From the NCBI GenBank assembly GCA_965261005.1, contig OZ253375.1:2432001-2496000 (forward strand): DNA of 64,000 nt. Reading direction: 5' to 3'. A model generated the notes under the pieces. That model was not told the origin of the DNA. It did no database searches and saw nothing but the letters and a program-made list of their open reading frames with translations. This document shows, piece by piece, positions 32,358 to 42,621 of the stretch (position 1 is its first letter; every line of letters starts with the position of its first letter). This DNA is from Deinococcus sp. GTDB lineage: Bacteria; Deinococcota; Deinococci; Deinococcales; Deinococcaceae. Made by a program: the position numbers and the translations under genes.

Positions 32358-32843
32358 ATGGCCAACGTGGAGTCCTTTGACCTCGACCACACCAAGGTGC
32401 GCGCCCCCTACGTGCGCCTCGCCGGCGTCAAGCGCACCCCGCGCGGCGACGCCATCAGCAAGTATGACCTGCGCTTACTCCAGCCCAACGCGGGCGCCAT
32501 CGAGCCGCCCGCGCTGCACACCCTGGAACACCTGCTGGCCGGCGCGCTGCGCGACCACTTGCAGGACGTGGTGGACGTGTCCCCGATGGGCTGCCGCACG
32601 GGATTGTACCTGGCCCTGATCGGCGAGCCGGACGAGGCGGGCGTGCTGCGCGCCTTTGAGACGGCGTTAAAGGACGTGGCCGCCTTCGACCGCCCCATTC
32701 CCGGCGTGAGCGAGCTGGAGTGCGGCAACTACCGCGACCACGATCTGGACGCCGCCCGCCAATACGCCCGGGGCGCCTTACAAGCCGGCCTGAAGGTTCA
32801 GCAAACGGTCCTGATTGACGAGGCGGCGTCCACCCAGCGCTGA
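32358..32843 (+). CDS. luxS: S-ribosylhomocysteine lyase
   Basis: [29 protein letters not shown]. Confidence 0.96.
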   Translation: MANVESFDLDHTKVRAPYVRLAGVKRTPRGDAISKYDLRLLQPNAGAIEPPALHTLEHLLAGALRDHLQDVVDVSPMGCRTGLYLALIGEPDEAGVLRAFETALKDVAAFDRPIPGVSELECGNYRDHDLDAARQYARGALQAGLKVQQTVLIDEAASTQR

Positions 32844-32859
32844 GCCGGAACCAACAAGG

Positions 32860-33660
32860 CTACTTCAAGTCAATCTCTTTGGGATCGTAGTCGGGGGGCG
32901 GCGTTTGGGGGTTCATCTCCTCCAGCGCGCCCACGATGATCTCCGAGACCACCACATTGCGAAACCACTTGCGGTCGGCGGGCACCACGTACCACGGCGC
33001 CGCCGAGGTGGCGCTGTGCGCGATCACGTCCGCGTAGGCGGCGCTGTACTGGTCCCACAGGGCGCGCTCGGCGAGGTCGGCGGGGTTGAACTTCCAGTGC
33101 TTATCGGGCCGGTCGAGGCGATCTTGCAGCCGAACGCGCTGCTCCTCCTTGCTGACGTGGAGGTACAGCTTGACGACGCGCGTGCCGCGGTCTCCCAGCA
33201 GGGCCTCGAAGGCGCGGATGTGTTTCAGGCGGCGCTTCAGGCTGCGCTCGTCGAGCGTCTCGTGAACGCGTGGAACGAGCACGTCCTCATAGTGCGAGCG
33301 GTTGAAGATGGCGATGTTGCCGGCCCTGGGCGCGTGCGGGTGAACGCGCCACAGAAAATCGTGGGCCGCCTCTTCCGGCGTGGGGGCCTTGAAGCTGGTC
33401 ACGACCACCCCTTGCGGGTTCACGCCGCTGAACACGTGCTTGATGGTGCCGTCCTTGCCGCCCGCGTCGCGCGCCTGCAACACCACCAGCAGGCTTTGCC
33501 GGCCCTCGGCGTACAGACGTTCTTGCAAGTCGCTCATCTGGGCTTGCAACTTCTCGGCGCGCGCCTCAGCCTCGCCCCGCTTCAGGCCGCCGCTCTGTTT
33601 GGTGGGCCAGTCGCGCAAATTGACTTGCCCTCCCGTCACGCGGTACTCGTCCAAGTTCAT
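32860..33660 (-). CDS. ppk2: Polyphosphate kinase 2 family protein (class III-like)
   Basis: QARDAGGKDGTIKH, HDFLWR, FNRSHYEDVL, PWYVVPADRKWFRN. Confidence 0.9.
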   Translation of the reverse strand: MNLDEYRVTGGQVNLRDWPTKQSGGLKRGEAEARAEKLQAQMSDLQERLYAEGRQSLLVVLQARDAGGKDGTIKHVFSGVNPQGVVVTSFKAPTPEEAAHDFLWRVHPHAPRAGNIAIFNRSHYEDVLVPRVHETLDERSLKRRLKHIRAFEALLGDRGTRVVKLYLHVSKEEQRVRLQDRLDRPDKHWKFNPADLAERALWDQYSAAYADVIAHSATSAAPWYVVPADRKWFRNVVVSEIIVGALEEMNPQTPPPDYDPKEIDLK

Positions 33661-33771
33661 GGAATCAGCCTAGCAGGCTGAGGTTTCCGGGGCGCGTGCT
33701 AGACTCGGTAGGTTCTGCGCGGGCCGCCCCATCTCTTCAGGGGGCCGCGCGAGAGGGGAAGGGAACAGCAC

Positions 33772-34485
33772 ATGACCGAAGAGCACACGCCCGAAGAGCT
33801 GCGCGAGGTGGTGAGCGCGCTGTCCGAGGGCGCCATGGACGAGGACCGCGAGGCCGACCTGCTGGAGGCGGCAGAAGATGATGGGGACGAGTACGTGGAC
33901 GCGGACGAGCTGCTGCAACTGCTCGCCCGCATGCAGTCGTCCCTCGACGAGCAATCCAAGGAGATTCGCGGTCTGCGCCGTGAAATGCGCGAATTGCGCG
34001 ACCAACTGGGCGGCGCTGGGCGCCCCGCCCAACGCGAGACGCCGCGCGAAGAGCGGGGCTACCGCCCGCGTGAGGATCGGCCCCAAAGCGGAGGTCAGGG
34101 CGGCCCCCAAGGGGGGAACTTCCGACCCCGTGAGGACCGTTCGCAGGGAAGCGGATTCCGCCCACGCGAGGAGGGCGGCTTTCGTCCGCGCGAGGACCGC
34201 TCTCAGGGGGGCGCCCGTGAGTTCCGCCCGCGCGAGGACCGGCCCCGAAGCGGAGGTCAGGGCGGCCCCCAAGGGGGGAACTTCCGGCCCCGTGAGGACC
34301 GTTCGCAAGGTGGCGCTCAGGGCGGCTTTCGTCCGCGTGAGGACCGACCCCAGGGCGGCGCCCGCGAAGTCCGCCCGCGTGGAGACCGGCCCCAAGCTGG
34401 ACCCGCTCAAGGCGCCTCACAGGGCGGCGAGTTCCGCCCGCGCCCGCGCAAGGACCACGGCTGGGGCAAGAAGCGCGACGAGTAA
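33772..34485 (+). CDS. Hypothetical protein: acidic N-terminus, coiled coil, repeated FRPREDR/Gly-Gln tail
   Basis: About 8 RPR(E/G)(D/E)R-type units; downstream terminator ~34500-34528. Confidence 0.7.
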   Translation: MTEEHTPEELREVVSALSEGAMDEDREADLLEAAEDDGDEYVDADELLQLLARMQSSLDEQSKEIRGLRREMRELRDQLGGAGRPAQRETPREERGYRPREDRPQSGGQGGPQGGNFRPREDRSQGSGFRPREEGGFRPREDRSQGGAREFRPREDRPRSGGQGGPQGGNFRPREDRSQGGAQGGFRPREDRPQGGAREVRPRGDRPQAGPAQGASQGGEFRPRPRKDHGWGKKRDE

Positions 34486-34530
34486 GTTGCTTGAGAGAAG
34501 GGCCGGGGAAATTCCTCGGCCCTTTTTTGC

Positions 34531-34896
34531 TCAGTTGGCGCCGGGCGCGTCCACCCACACCGGCTCCGGCTGAATCTGCTCGGCGGGCGCCCGGCCGCTC
34601 TCCATGCCCGAGTTCCGCACGGTCATCACCGGCTTCAGGCTCATGTCATGGTCGCAAGTCATTTGGCACGACAAGCGGGCCGTGCCCAGCAGGTTCTTAT
34701 CGCCCAGAATGGCGCGCTCGGCCTCGGTCATGCGCTCCGGCTCACCCTGAGAGAACTCCACCTGGCAGGTGGTGCAGCGCGCCACGCCGCCGCAGCGGTG
34801 CAGGATGTCCACCCCGCCGCGCTCCAGCGCCAGTACCAAGCGCTCGCCGTCTTCCGCCGCAATGTCGCCGTATCCGTCCACCGTCAGGGTTGGCAT
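34531..34896 (-). CDS. 2Fe-2S ferredoxin
   Basis: HRCGGVARCTTC..RLSCQ. Confidence 0.88.
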   Translation of the reverse strand: MPTLTVDGYGDIAAEDGERLVLALERGGVDILHRCGGVARCTTCQVEFSQGEPERMTEAERAILGDKNLLGTARLSCQMTCDHDMSLKPVMTVRNSGMESGRAPAEQIQPEPVWVDAPGAN

Positions 34897-34994
34897 ACGG
34901 CAGTCTACACATGGGCCGTGTACCCGCGCTCCCCTCAAGGTCGCCTTAAGGTGAGTTCAACAGGGGAACGCCCCGTCCCCTTAGCCTTGAACCC

Positions 34995-36092
34995 ATGACC
35001 ACGCGCACCGAAGTGTTGCAAGACGAGTACCTGCGGCGCGAGGGCGACAAGGTGGGCGAGTTCCGCTACTTTTCCCCGGACGGAAGCGAGTTCACGGACG
35101 CGGCGCAGCTCGCGCGCATCGCCAAGCTGGCGGTGCCGCCCGGCTACCACGACGTGTACGTGTCCCCCGACGAGGGCGCCGAGTTGCAGGCCTTCGGACG
35201 CGACGACGCCGGACGCCTTCAGTACCGCTACCACCACGACTTCTTGCAGGAGGGGGCCACGCGCAAGTGGCGCCGCCTGGCCAAGTTCGCCGGCCAGCTG
35301 CCCCTGATGCGCCGCCTCACCACTGCCGACTTGCGCCGCGCGGGTTTGCCGCCGCGCAAGGTGCTGGCCCTGATGACGCGCCTCCTCTACGTGGCGCACT
35401 TCCGGGTCGGGTCGGACCAGTACGCCGCCCAGCACAAGACCTACGGGCTGTCCACGCTGCTCAAGCGGCACGTCAAGGTACACGGCCACACCGTCGAGTT
35501 CACCTTCAAGGGCAAGCACGGCATTCGGCAGCACAAGGCCGCCACCGACAAGACCATTGCGGACAACGTCGAGAAGCTGCTGGCCTTGCCGGGGCGCCAG
35601 CTGTTTCAGGCGCGCGAGGAGGGAGAGGTCACGCGCCTGCACGCGGCGGACCTCAACGCCTACCTGCGCGAATTGATCGGCCCCTTCACCGCCAAGGACT
35701 TTCGCACCTGGGGCGGCACGCTGTTGGCCGCCGAGTACCTGGCCGAGGCGGGCGTGGCGCCCAGCGAGCGCGAGGCCCGCCGGGCGGTGGTGGCGTGCGT
35801 GAGGGCGGTGGCGGAGGACCTCGGCAACACCCCGGCGGTGGTGCGCGGCCACTACATCTGTCCGGTGATCTTCGACCGCTACTTTGAGGGCAAGGTGCTC
35901 GACGACTACGAGCCGCGCGCCGGCCGCCAAGGTGCCCACGGCGAGGAAGGGCTGACCCGTTCTGAGGCGGCCCTGAAGCGCATGCTGGAGGCGGGCCAAG
36001 GCAGGCCGAAGCGGTCCAAACCGGCCGGGCGCGCCGACCTTACTGAACCAACACCTAGTGAACCAACACCGTCGGGTCGCCGGGCACCGTGA
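34995..36092 (+). CDS. DNA topoisomerase IB (bacterial, poxvirus-like)
   Basis: GRDDAGRLQYRY, FRVGS, FKGKHG, TAKDFRTWGGT, LGNTPAVVRGHY. Confidence 0.92.
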   Translation: MTTRTEVLQDEYLRREGDKVGEFRYFSPDGSEFTDAAQLARIAKLAVPPGYHDVYVSPDEGAELQAFGRDDAGRLQYRYHHDFLQEGATRKWRRLAKFAGQLPLMRRLTTADLRRAGLPPRKVLALMTRLLYVAHFRVGSDQYAAQHKTYGLSTLLKRHVKVHGHTVEFTFKGKHGIRQHKAATDKTIADNVEKLLALPGRQLFQAREEGEVTRLHAADLNAYLRELIGPFTAKDFRTWGGTLLAAEYLAEAGVAPSEREARRAVVACVRAVAEDLGNTPAVVRGHYICPVIFDRYFEGKVLDDYEPRAGRQGAHGEEGLTRSEAALKRMLEAGQGRPKRSKPAGRADLTEPTPSEPTPSGRRAP

Positions 36093-36891
36093 TGACCTCG
36101 GCCCAGTCCTGGCCACCGTCCGGCTTGACGCGCATGTGTCGCATCTCCTCGGCGCCCACCCGCAGAAAGAACGCGCCGTTTTCGTCGCTGAAGGCAATTT
36201 CGGAGCCGTCGGCGAGGCGCACCTCGGCGCCGATAAGCGGGACGTTGTCCGGACCGCGCAGGCGCCAGCCGTAGCGCCGGCGCTGGCTCACCACCTCGCC
36301 CTCGTCGCTGCGCACAACGCGGGTCTGCTGCTCCAGGACCAGCGGCGAGAGAAACTCGACGTTGAGGTCGAGCGGCACGGTCAGCACGTAGTGCAGTCCC
36401 GTCCGGGCGGTGTTGCCGATGCCGCTCCAGATTTCGCTGAGGCGCGCGTTCTCGCCGGGCTGCGACACCGCGCCCAGAATGCCCAGCTGCATATCGCGCG
36501 CCCCGGCGGGCACGTCGCGCTCGGGCCACTCGGCGTTGCGCATCAAGGTGGCCAGCACGCGCCACAGAACCAGCCACTCTTGGTCGTCCATCTCGCCGCT
36601 TTGCGACTTGAAAAAGACGTTCACCACGTACTTGAGGTCCACGCGGCGGGGCCGCAGACGGCGGGCGGCGCTGGCGTCGCCGCGCCGCACCTCCATGTCG
36701 TGGGCGCGCAGCTTGGTGTTCTCGACCAGGTCGTACAGGTAGAAGTTGATGGTGGGCCGGTTCAGCGAGGCGGTCCACTCGCGCGTGGGGGTGGCGAAGC
36801 GGATGTCCACCTCGCTCTGAGGCAGCTTGGCGTCGCGGTGCAGCATGGCCTTGAGGGCGTCGTGAACGGGGCCGATCATGTACCCCTTCAC
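36055..36891 (-). CDS. DUF4255 / Pvc16-family protein (contractile injection system tail terminator-like)
   Basis: DIRFATPTREW..PTINFYLYDLVEN..VDLKYVV..EWLVLWRVL..EIWSGIG..LHYVLTVPL. Confidence 0.75.
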   Translation of the reverse strand: MKGYMIGPVHDALKAMLHRDAKLPQSEVDIRFATPTREWTASLNRPTINFYLYDLVENTKLRAHDMEVRRGDASAARRLRPRRVDLKYVVNVFFKSQSGEMDDQEWLVLWRVLATLMRNAEWPERDVPAGARDMQLGILGAVSQPGENARLSEIWSGIGNTARTGLHYVLTVPLDLNVEFLSPLVLEQQTRVVRSDEGEVVSQRRRYGWRLRGPDNVPLIGAEVRLADGSEIAFSDENGAFFLRVGAEEMRHMRVKPDGGQDWAEVITVPGDPTVLVH

Positions 36892-36970
36892 GATAGCTCA
36901 GCCGCGCGCCCTACAGTGTCAAAAATGATGCTGGGCTTTCGGTGGCGTGGCTTGATATGGGTGGCTTGAG

Positions 36971-38134
36971 GTGAGCGGGGACGCCGAGGCGTGGCTGTTT
37001 TCCCGCACCCGGGGGGGAGCGCCGCGCGACCCGGGGCGGGCGCGGGCGCTGCTGGACGCCCTGGGCGCGCCGGACGCCCGCTTTTCCGCCTTGCGGGTGG
37101 TGGGCACCAACGGCAAAGGCTCGACCTGCGCCATGCTGGAGGCCGGCTTGCTGGCGGTGGGCGAGCGGGTCGGGCGCTTCAGCTCCCCTCACCTGGAGCG
37201 CTTCGGGGAGCGGGTGCGGGTGAACGGGCGCGAAATTGCGCCCGCCGAAGTCGCCGCCTTTGTGGTGTGGGCGCGCGAGCACGCGCCGGACGCCGCCTTT
37301 TTTGACCTCGCGCTGGGCCTGGCCGCCCGGACCTTCGCGCGCGCCGGCGTGCGTTGGGCGGTGATGGAGGCCGGCGTGGGCGGGCGCAGCGACGCCACCC
37401 AGGCCCTCGGGCGGGTGGCCGCCGTGCTGCTGACCAACGTGGCCCTCGACCACACCGCCACCTTGGGAGGGAGCCTGGCCGAGATCGCCCGCGACAAGGC
37501 GGGCGCGGCCCTGCCAGGAGTGCCGCTGCTCACCACGGCGACGGGGGAGGGCCTCGCCGTGGCGAGCGAGGTGGCCTTGCGGCGGGGCGCGCCGCTGTAC
37601 ACGCCGGCCAGCCGCCCGGATCTGTTCGCGCTGCCGCGCCCGCCGCGCCTGCTGGGGGACCATCAGCGGGACAACGCCCGCTTGGCGCTGGCCGCCCTGC
37701 GCCTGCTCGGCTTCGGCGCCGGCGCAGAAGCCGCCCTGGACGCCGAACATCCGGGACGTTTGGAGCGCTTGAACGCGCTGGAGCGCGAGGTGTGGCTCGA
37801 CGGCGCGCACAACCCGCACGCGGCGCAAGCCTTGGCGGTGGCCCTGGGTCACGCGGACGCGCTGGTGTTCGGCGCCTTTGGCCGCAAGGCGGTGGAGGAC
37901 ACGCTCGCACCCCTGCTGACCTTGGGCGGCGCGCGGGTCTTCACCTCGCCGGGAGAGGGAGGCGCCGATCCGCAGGCTCTGGCCGCCCGGTACGGCGGCC
38001 ACGCCGAGCCGGACCCCGCCGCAGCCCTAGAACTGGCGCTCCAGCTGACGCCCCCCGGCGGAAAGGTGCTGGTGACGGGCAGCCTCTACCTGGTCGGCCA
38101 GCTGCGCGCGGCGCTCTCAAATTTGCAGGGCTAG
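36971..38134 (+). CDS. folC: Dihydrofolate synthase/folylpolyglutamate synthase
   Basis: VGTNGKGST, FSSPHL, EAGVGGRSDAT, LDGAHNP, VTGSLYLVG. Confidence 0.93.
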   Translation: MSGDAEAWLFSRTRGGAPRDPGRARALLDALGAPDARFSALRVVGTNGKGSTCAMLEAGLLAVGERVGRFSSPHLERFGERVRVNGREIAPAEVAAFVVWAREHAPDAAFFDLALGLAARTFARAGVRWAVMEAGVGGRSDATQALGRVAAVLLTNVALDHTATLGGSLAEIARDKAGAALPGVPLLTTATGEGLAVASEVALRRGAPLYTPASRPDLFALPRPPRLLGDHQRDNARLALAALRLLGFGAGAEAALDAEHPGRLERLNALEREVWLDGAHNPHAAQALAVALGHADALVFGAFGRKAVEDTLAPLLTLGGARVFTSPGEGGADPQALAARYGGHAEPDPAAALELALQLTPPGGKVLVTGSLYLVGQLRAALSNLQG

Positions 38135-38159
38135 CTTTAAATCAAGTGCCGGCTTTAAA

Positions 38160-38972
38160 TCAAACGCCGGGAAAGCCGACGCAGATCAGGCCGAAGTAGG
38201 TCGGCGCCTCGTAGGACAGGAATTGCGGCCGTCGCGCCCCCGGCGGAATGGCCCCGGCGAGGACCAGCGTTTGCCACAGCCCGTCGGGCTTGGCGTCCTC
38301 AATCAGCTGCGGCCCGAAGCCGGCCAGCGCCTCCAAGTCGCCGCTTTGCAGACACTCGACCACCCGGGCGTCGAGTTGGGCGGCGGCCCCGTGATACCCG
38401 TAGGGTCCCGCCGCGTCGTGGGTGTGCGACCAGTCGCAGCTGGCGATCAGGCCCACCCGCTTGCCCGAGGCGGCGACCGCCCGCGAAAGCGCCGCGCCGA
38501 AGCGCAGGTGTGGCCCGAAGTCCGCGCCGCGCGGTGGGTTGACCACCACCACCGGCACGTCCGGCATGAAGTGCAGCGGGATGATCGCGCCCCAATCGAG
38601 CGGCAGGCACGACAGCGGTCCCTGCGCCGTGGCGAAGTTGAGCAGGGCGGCGGGCAGGCCGTCTTGAAGGGCGGCCTCGGCAATGCTGTGGGTCAGTTGC
38701 CGGTCCACCGCTTTCTCCATCTCGACGGCGCCGCCCCCATGCTCCACCTTGCCGCGCATCCTTTCGGAGTCGGCGACGGCGAACTGGCCCTCGACTCTGG
38801 TGCCGTGCGGGGTCAGCACGATCAGGGCTTCGGGCAAGGCGGCGGCCATCTGAGCGCCGAGCGTCTCCAAGCTGGCGCGGGTGCGGGCCATCAGGTCGGG
38901 ACGGTCGCCGGAAAGTTCGGCGATGATCTCGGAGCCGTGCGGGGCAATGGTGGCGAACACGAAGGGATTCAT
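38160..38972 (-). CDS. LigB/MEMO-like extradiol dioxygenase family protein
   Basis: APHG, TPHG, LDWGAIIPL, ASCDWSH, YEAPTYFG. Confidence 0.75.
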   Translation of the reverse strand: MNPFVFATIAPHGSEIIAELSGDRPDLMARTRASLETLGAQMAAALPEALIVLTPHGTRVEGQFAVADSERMRGKVEHGGGAVEMEKAVDRQLTHSIAEAALQDGLPAALLNFATAQGPLSCLPLDWGAIIPLHFMPDVPVVVVNPPRGADFGPHLRFGAALSRAVAASGKRVGLIASCDWSHTHDAAGPYGYHGAAAQLDARVVECLQSGDLEALAGFGPQLIEDAKPDGLWQTLVLAGAIPPGARRPQFLSYEAPTYFGLICVGFPGV

Positions 38973-38998
38973 GCTTGGGGCCAGCATGCCACACGGGC

Positions 38999-39091
38999 GC
39001 CGTTCTGCCCAAGACGCGGGCAGGCCCGGAAGGTGCCGTTCTGCCCAAGACGCGGGCAGGCCCCATACGGGTGCCGCTTTGCCCAAGACGC
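38999..39091. repeat. Tandem palindromic repeat (29-bp unit x2 plus partial third; period 36-38)
   Basis: GCCGTTCTGCCCAAGACGCGGGCAGGCCC at 38999 and 39035; GCCGCTTTGCCCAAGACGC at 39073. Confidence 0.85.
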
Positions 39092-39190
39092 ACACGCAAA
39101 ACACACGCGCCGCACCCGAACCTTTTACCCGCTCCTGGCACACTCTGAACACCGGGGGCGAGACACGTTCCCGGCCAAGGAGGACCGGAC

Positions 39191-39706
39191 ATGAACACAC
39201 GCAACAAGACCGCCCTGCTCGTTCTCGGCGCCGCCGCCGCCCTGGGGGTGCCCGCGCTGGCCGCCCAAACCGGACAAGGTCAGACGGCCCAAACGACTCA
39301 AAGCCGAACGACTCAAAGCCAGACAACTCAAAGCCAGACGGCGCCGGGGGGGCGCCTTCAGCAAAACGCCCAGCCGCGCGCCCTGCAAGTGCGCTACTAC
39401 AGCGCCGACCCCCTCGGCGGCGGCAAGCTGCTGGCGACCAAGACCTTGCAGCCGGGAACGGCCGGCGCACAGAACCAGAATCCCCTGGTCGCTGGGGCGC
39501 CCAGCGGCGCCAAGTTCGCGGTGATCGCGGACGGGCGCGGCGGCGCGCGCGTCATTGACCTCAACCAAGCCGGAGCTTTTGGAGGTGGGCGCGGCGGTAT
39601 GCATGGCGGGCCGGGCGGCCGTGACGGCGGCTTCAGGGGCGGCCCGGGGAGCGGGCGCGGCGGCAACCAGAGCCAGCCCGGCGCCCCGGATAGCACGGGA
39701 AGCTGA
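39191..39706 (+). CDS. Secreted low-complexity (Gln/Thr- and Gly-rich) protein preceding the two-component system
   Basis: Signal peptide MNTRNKTALLVLGAAAALGVPALA; TTQSQ repeats; AAGGAGG RBS. Confidence 0.75.
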   Translation: MNTRNKTALLVLGAAAALGVPALAAQTGQGQTAQTTQSRTTQSQTTQSQTAPGGRLQQNAQPRALQVRYYSADPLGGGKLLATKTLQPGTAGAQNQNPLVAGAPSGAKFAVIADGRGGARVIDLNQAGAFGGGRGGMHGGPGGRDGGFRGGPGSGRGGNQSQPGAPDSTGS

Positions 39707-39762
39707 TGTTTGGAGCGCGGCCCGCACACTCGGGCCGCGCCTTCGTTCGCTACCCTGACCGT

Positions 39763-40430
<668 letters not shown>

Positions 40431-40434
<4 letters not shown>

Positions 40435-41585
40435 ACGCGCGGGCCATGAACACGCTCGCTGCTCGCCTCACGGCGGCGATGCTGGCGGTCGCCTTGCTGG
40501 CGCTGCTGGTGTTCGGCGGCGCGCTGCTGAGCGCCTTTCAGCTGGCTGGGCGCGACGTGCCGCGCGTGGCGCGCGGGGGACCGGGCGGACCGCCCTGGGC
40601 GCTGGGGGCGCCCGGTTCTCAGGAGCTTGGTCAAGAGCGGGCCGGGCGGCGGGTCTTCGACGCGCTGGTGCGGACCACCCTGCGGGCGGCCGTGTTGGGC
40701 GCGCTGGCCGCCGCCGCCGTGGGCGCCCTCGTGGCGCTGTGGCTGGCGCGCGGCCTGGCGCGGCCCATCGCCTCGGTGAGCCGCGCGGCCCGGCGGGTGG
40801 CGCGCGGACAGCTCGGCGCGCGGGCGCCGCCGCCCCGCGCGGGCGACCCCAGCGAGTCGCGCGCCCTGATCGCCGACTTCAACGCCATGGTGGGAAGCCT
40901 GGAGCGCGTCGACCAACAGCGCCGCGCCCTCTTCGCCGACGTGGCCCACGAGCTGCGCACGCCCATCAGCGCCATGCGGGCGCGCCTGGAGAGTGTGCAA
41001 GACGGCCTGGTGCCGTTCGATTCCGCCCAGGTGGAGCGCCTGCACGCGCAGGCCGCCCACCTCGCGCGCCTCGTCGAGGACGTGCGCACGCTGTCGCTGG
41101 CGGACGCCGGTGAGCTGAAGCTGGACCGGCGCCCCGTGGACGCGGGGCGGGTACTGGAAGAGGTGGCCGCGCAGTACGCGCCGCTGCTGGGGGCGCGCGG
41201 TCAACAGCTGCACCTGAAGCTGGCCCCCGACTTGGGCCGGGCGGACTGGGACGCGGCGCGCGTGACGCAGATGTTGGGAAACCTGCTCGACAACGCGGCC
41301 AAGGCGTCGCCGGAAGGCGGCTGGGTCGAGCTGTCGGCCGGGCGTGCCGGAAATGAGATCGCCCTGCGGGTGGCGGACGGCGGGGCGGGCCTGAGCGACG
41401 AGGCGCTGACGCACGCCTTCGACCGCTTTTACAAGTCGGACACCGCGGGTGGGGTGGGCAGCGGGCTGGGCCTCGCCATCGTGCGGACGTTGGTGGGATT
41501 GCACGGGGGACGGGTGAGCGCCGGGCGCCATGCGGGCGGCGGCGCCGAGTTCAGCTTGACGCTGCCGTCCTCAGCGGCAGCGTGA
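40431..41585 (+). CDS. HAMP-domain sensor histidine kinase (BaeS-like)
   Basis: DVAHELRTP, NLLDNA, DGGAG, FDRFY, GSGLGLAI. Confidence 0.92.
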
Positions 41586-42130
41586 AGCTCACCGCCGTCC
41601 CCTTGCCGGGCGCGCTCTCAATGCCGATCTGGCCACCGTGTGTCTCCACGGTCGGCGCGGTAGAGCCGGTCGAAGACGTGCGGCAGCTGTTCCGGCGCGA
41701 TGCCCGTCCCGCTGTCACGCCCCGTGACCCGAAAGACCGGCCCAACCACCCCCGCCTTCACCGCCACGCTGCCCCGCCCTGGCGTGTGCGCCAGGGCGTT
41801 GCCCAGCAGATTTTGCAGCACCTGGGTCACGCGCGTCGGCGAGGGACAGGAGCGCAGATCGCTCACCAGTCGGGCGACCTGCGCGGTCTCGCGCTGAAGC
41901 CGGACGTGGCGCTCGCGGGTCGGCGCAAAGGTGCCGTCGAGCATGCCCTCCAGTGTGCCGGAGATAACCGACAGCGGCGTGTTGAGGTCGTGGGCGATGT
42001 CGGCGGTGAGTTGGCGGCGCGCCCGCCGGCCCCGCGCCACCTCGGCGCTCATGGCGTTGAAGGCGTCCAGCAGCTCGCCGAACTCGTCGCGGCGGGTGCT
42101 GGGCAGAGAGAGGGCGGCTCGCCGCGCCGC
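41560..42130 (-). pseudogene. Histidine kinase remnant (internal deletions, frameshift)
   Basis: DEFGELLDAFNAM..DIAHDLNTP..NLLGNALAHTP..DSGTGI..FDRLYRAD; HGGQIGIESAPGKGT in another frame. Confidence 0.75.
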
Positions 42131-42384
42131 ATGGCCTGGATGCCGTTGAGTAAGGCTGGCGTATACCCCAGCACCCGCAGATGCTTTTCCAAAACCATGC
42201 GGGAAGTCTTTTTCTCGTCCAACAAGAGCCGCAGCGTTTGTCTGATGAAACTGGTCTTGACGGCCGCCGTACCCGGCAGACGATCCACCATCTGCTCGAC
42301 CTTCTGCACGCGGCCGGCACAGTCCGTGCCGTCCACGAAGTAGGTCAGACTGACCGGGGCGAAGACTTGTCGGGAAGCTGTCAT
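42130..42384 (-). pseudogene. N-terminal HMA-domain remnant of a heavy-metal P1B ATPase
   Basis: YFVDGTDCAGRVQKVE (degenerate GMDCxxC)..LGY; joined directly to kinase remnant. Confidence 0.65.
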
Positions 42385-42394
42385 GTTCGCAGCA

Positions 42395-42414
42395 TATGTG
42401 CAAATTTGCGCATA
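42395..42414. promoter_or_regulatory. ArsR/SmtB/CadC-type palindromic operator
   Basis: TATGTGCAAA-TTTGCGCATA just upstream of the HMA remnant. Confidence 0.55.
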
Positions 42415-42621
42415 CGTTTATATGGGATGAAAGCGGCAAGGTTTTGCATTTTTTGAGGAAGAGGGCAGGCTTGGGGTGACCCGAACTTGCATATTCGCGC
42501 GGCGCACGAACTTTTCGGAATCCGTATCGAACGATCAGAGGGAGTATGCTACGGATGGTAAGACGTTCAGCACTGCCCCGCCCTCACTCCTCCAGACCCA
42601 CGCTCTGGTTTGTGGAGAACC

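Noticed and set aside
34060..34450. CRISPR or non-coding repeat array
   Set aside because: Repeats are in-frame coding units of the 33772-34485 protein
34995..36092. Poxvirus-like topoisomerase IB as a sign of viral DNA
   Set aside because: TopIB is a known chromosomal gene in Deinococcus and other bacteria; context is housekeeping
38999..39091. CRISPR array
   Set aside because: Only 2.5 units, gaps of 7-9 nt, no cas genes
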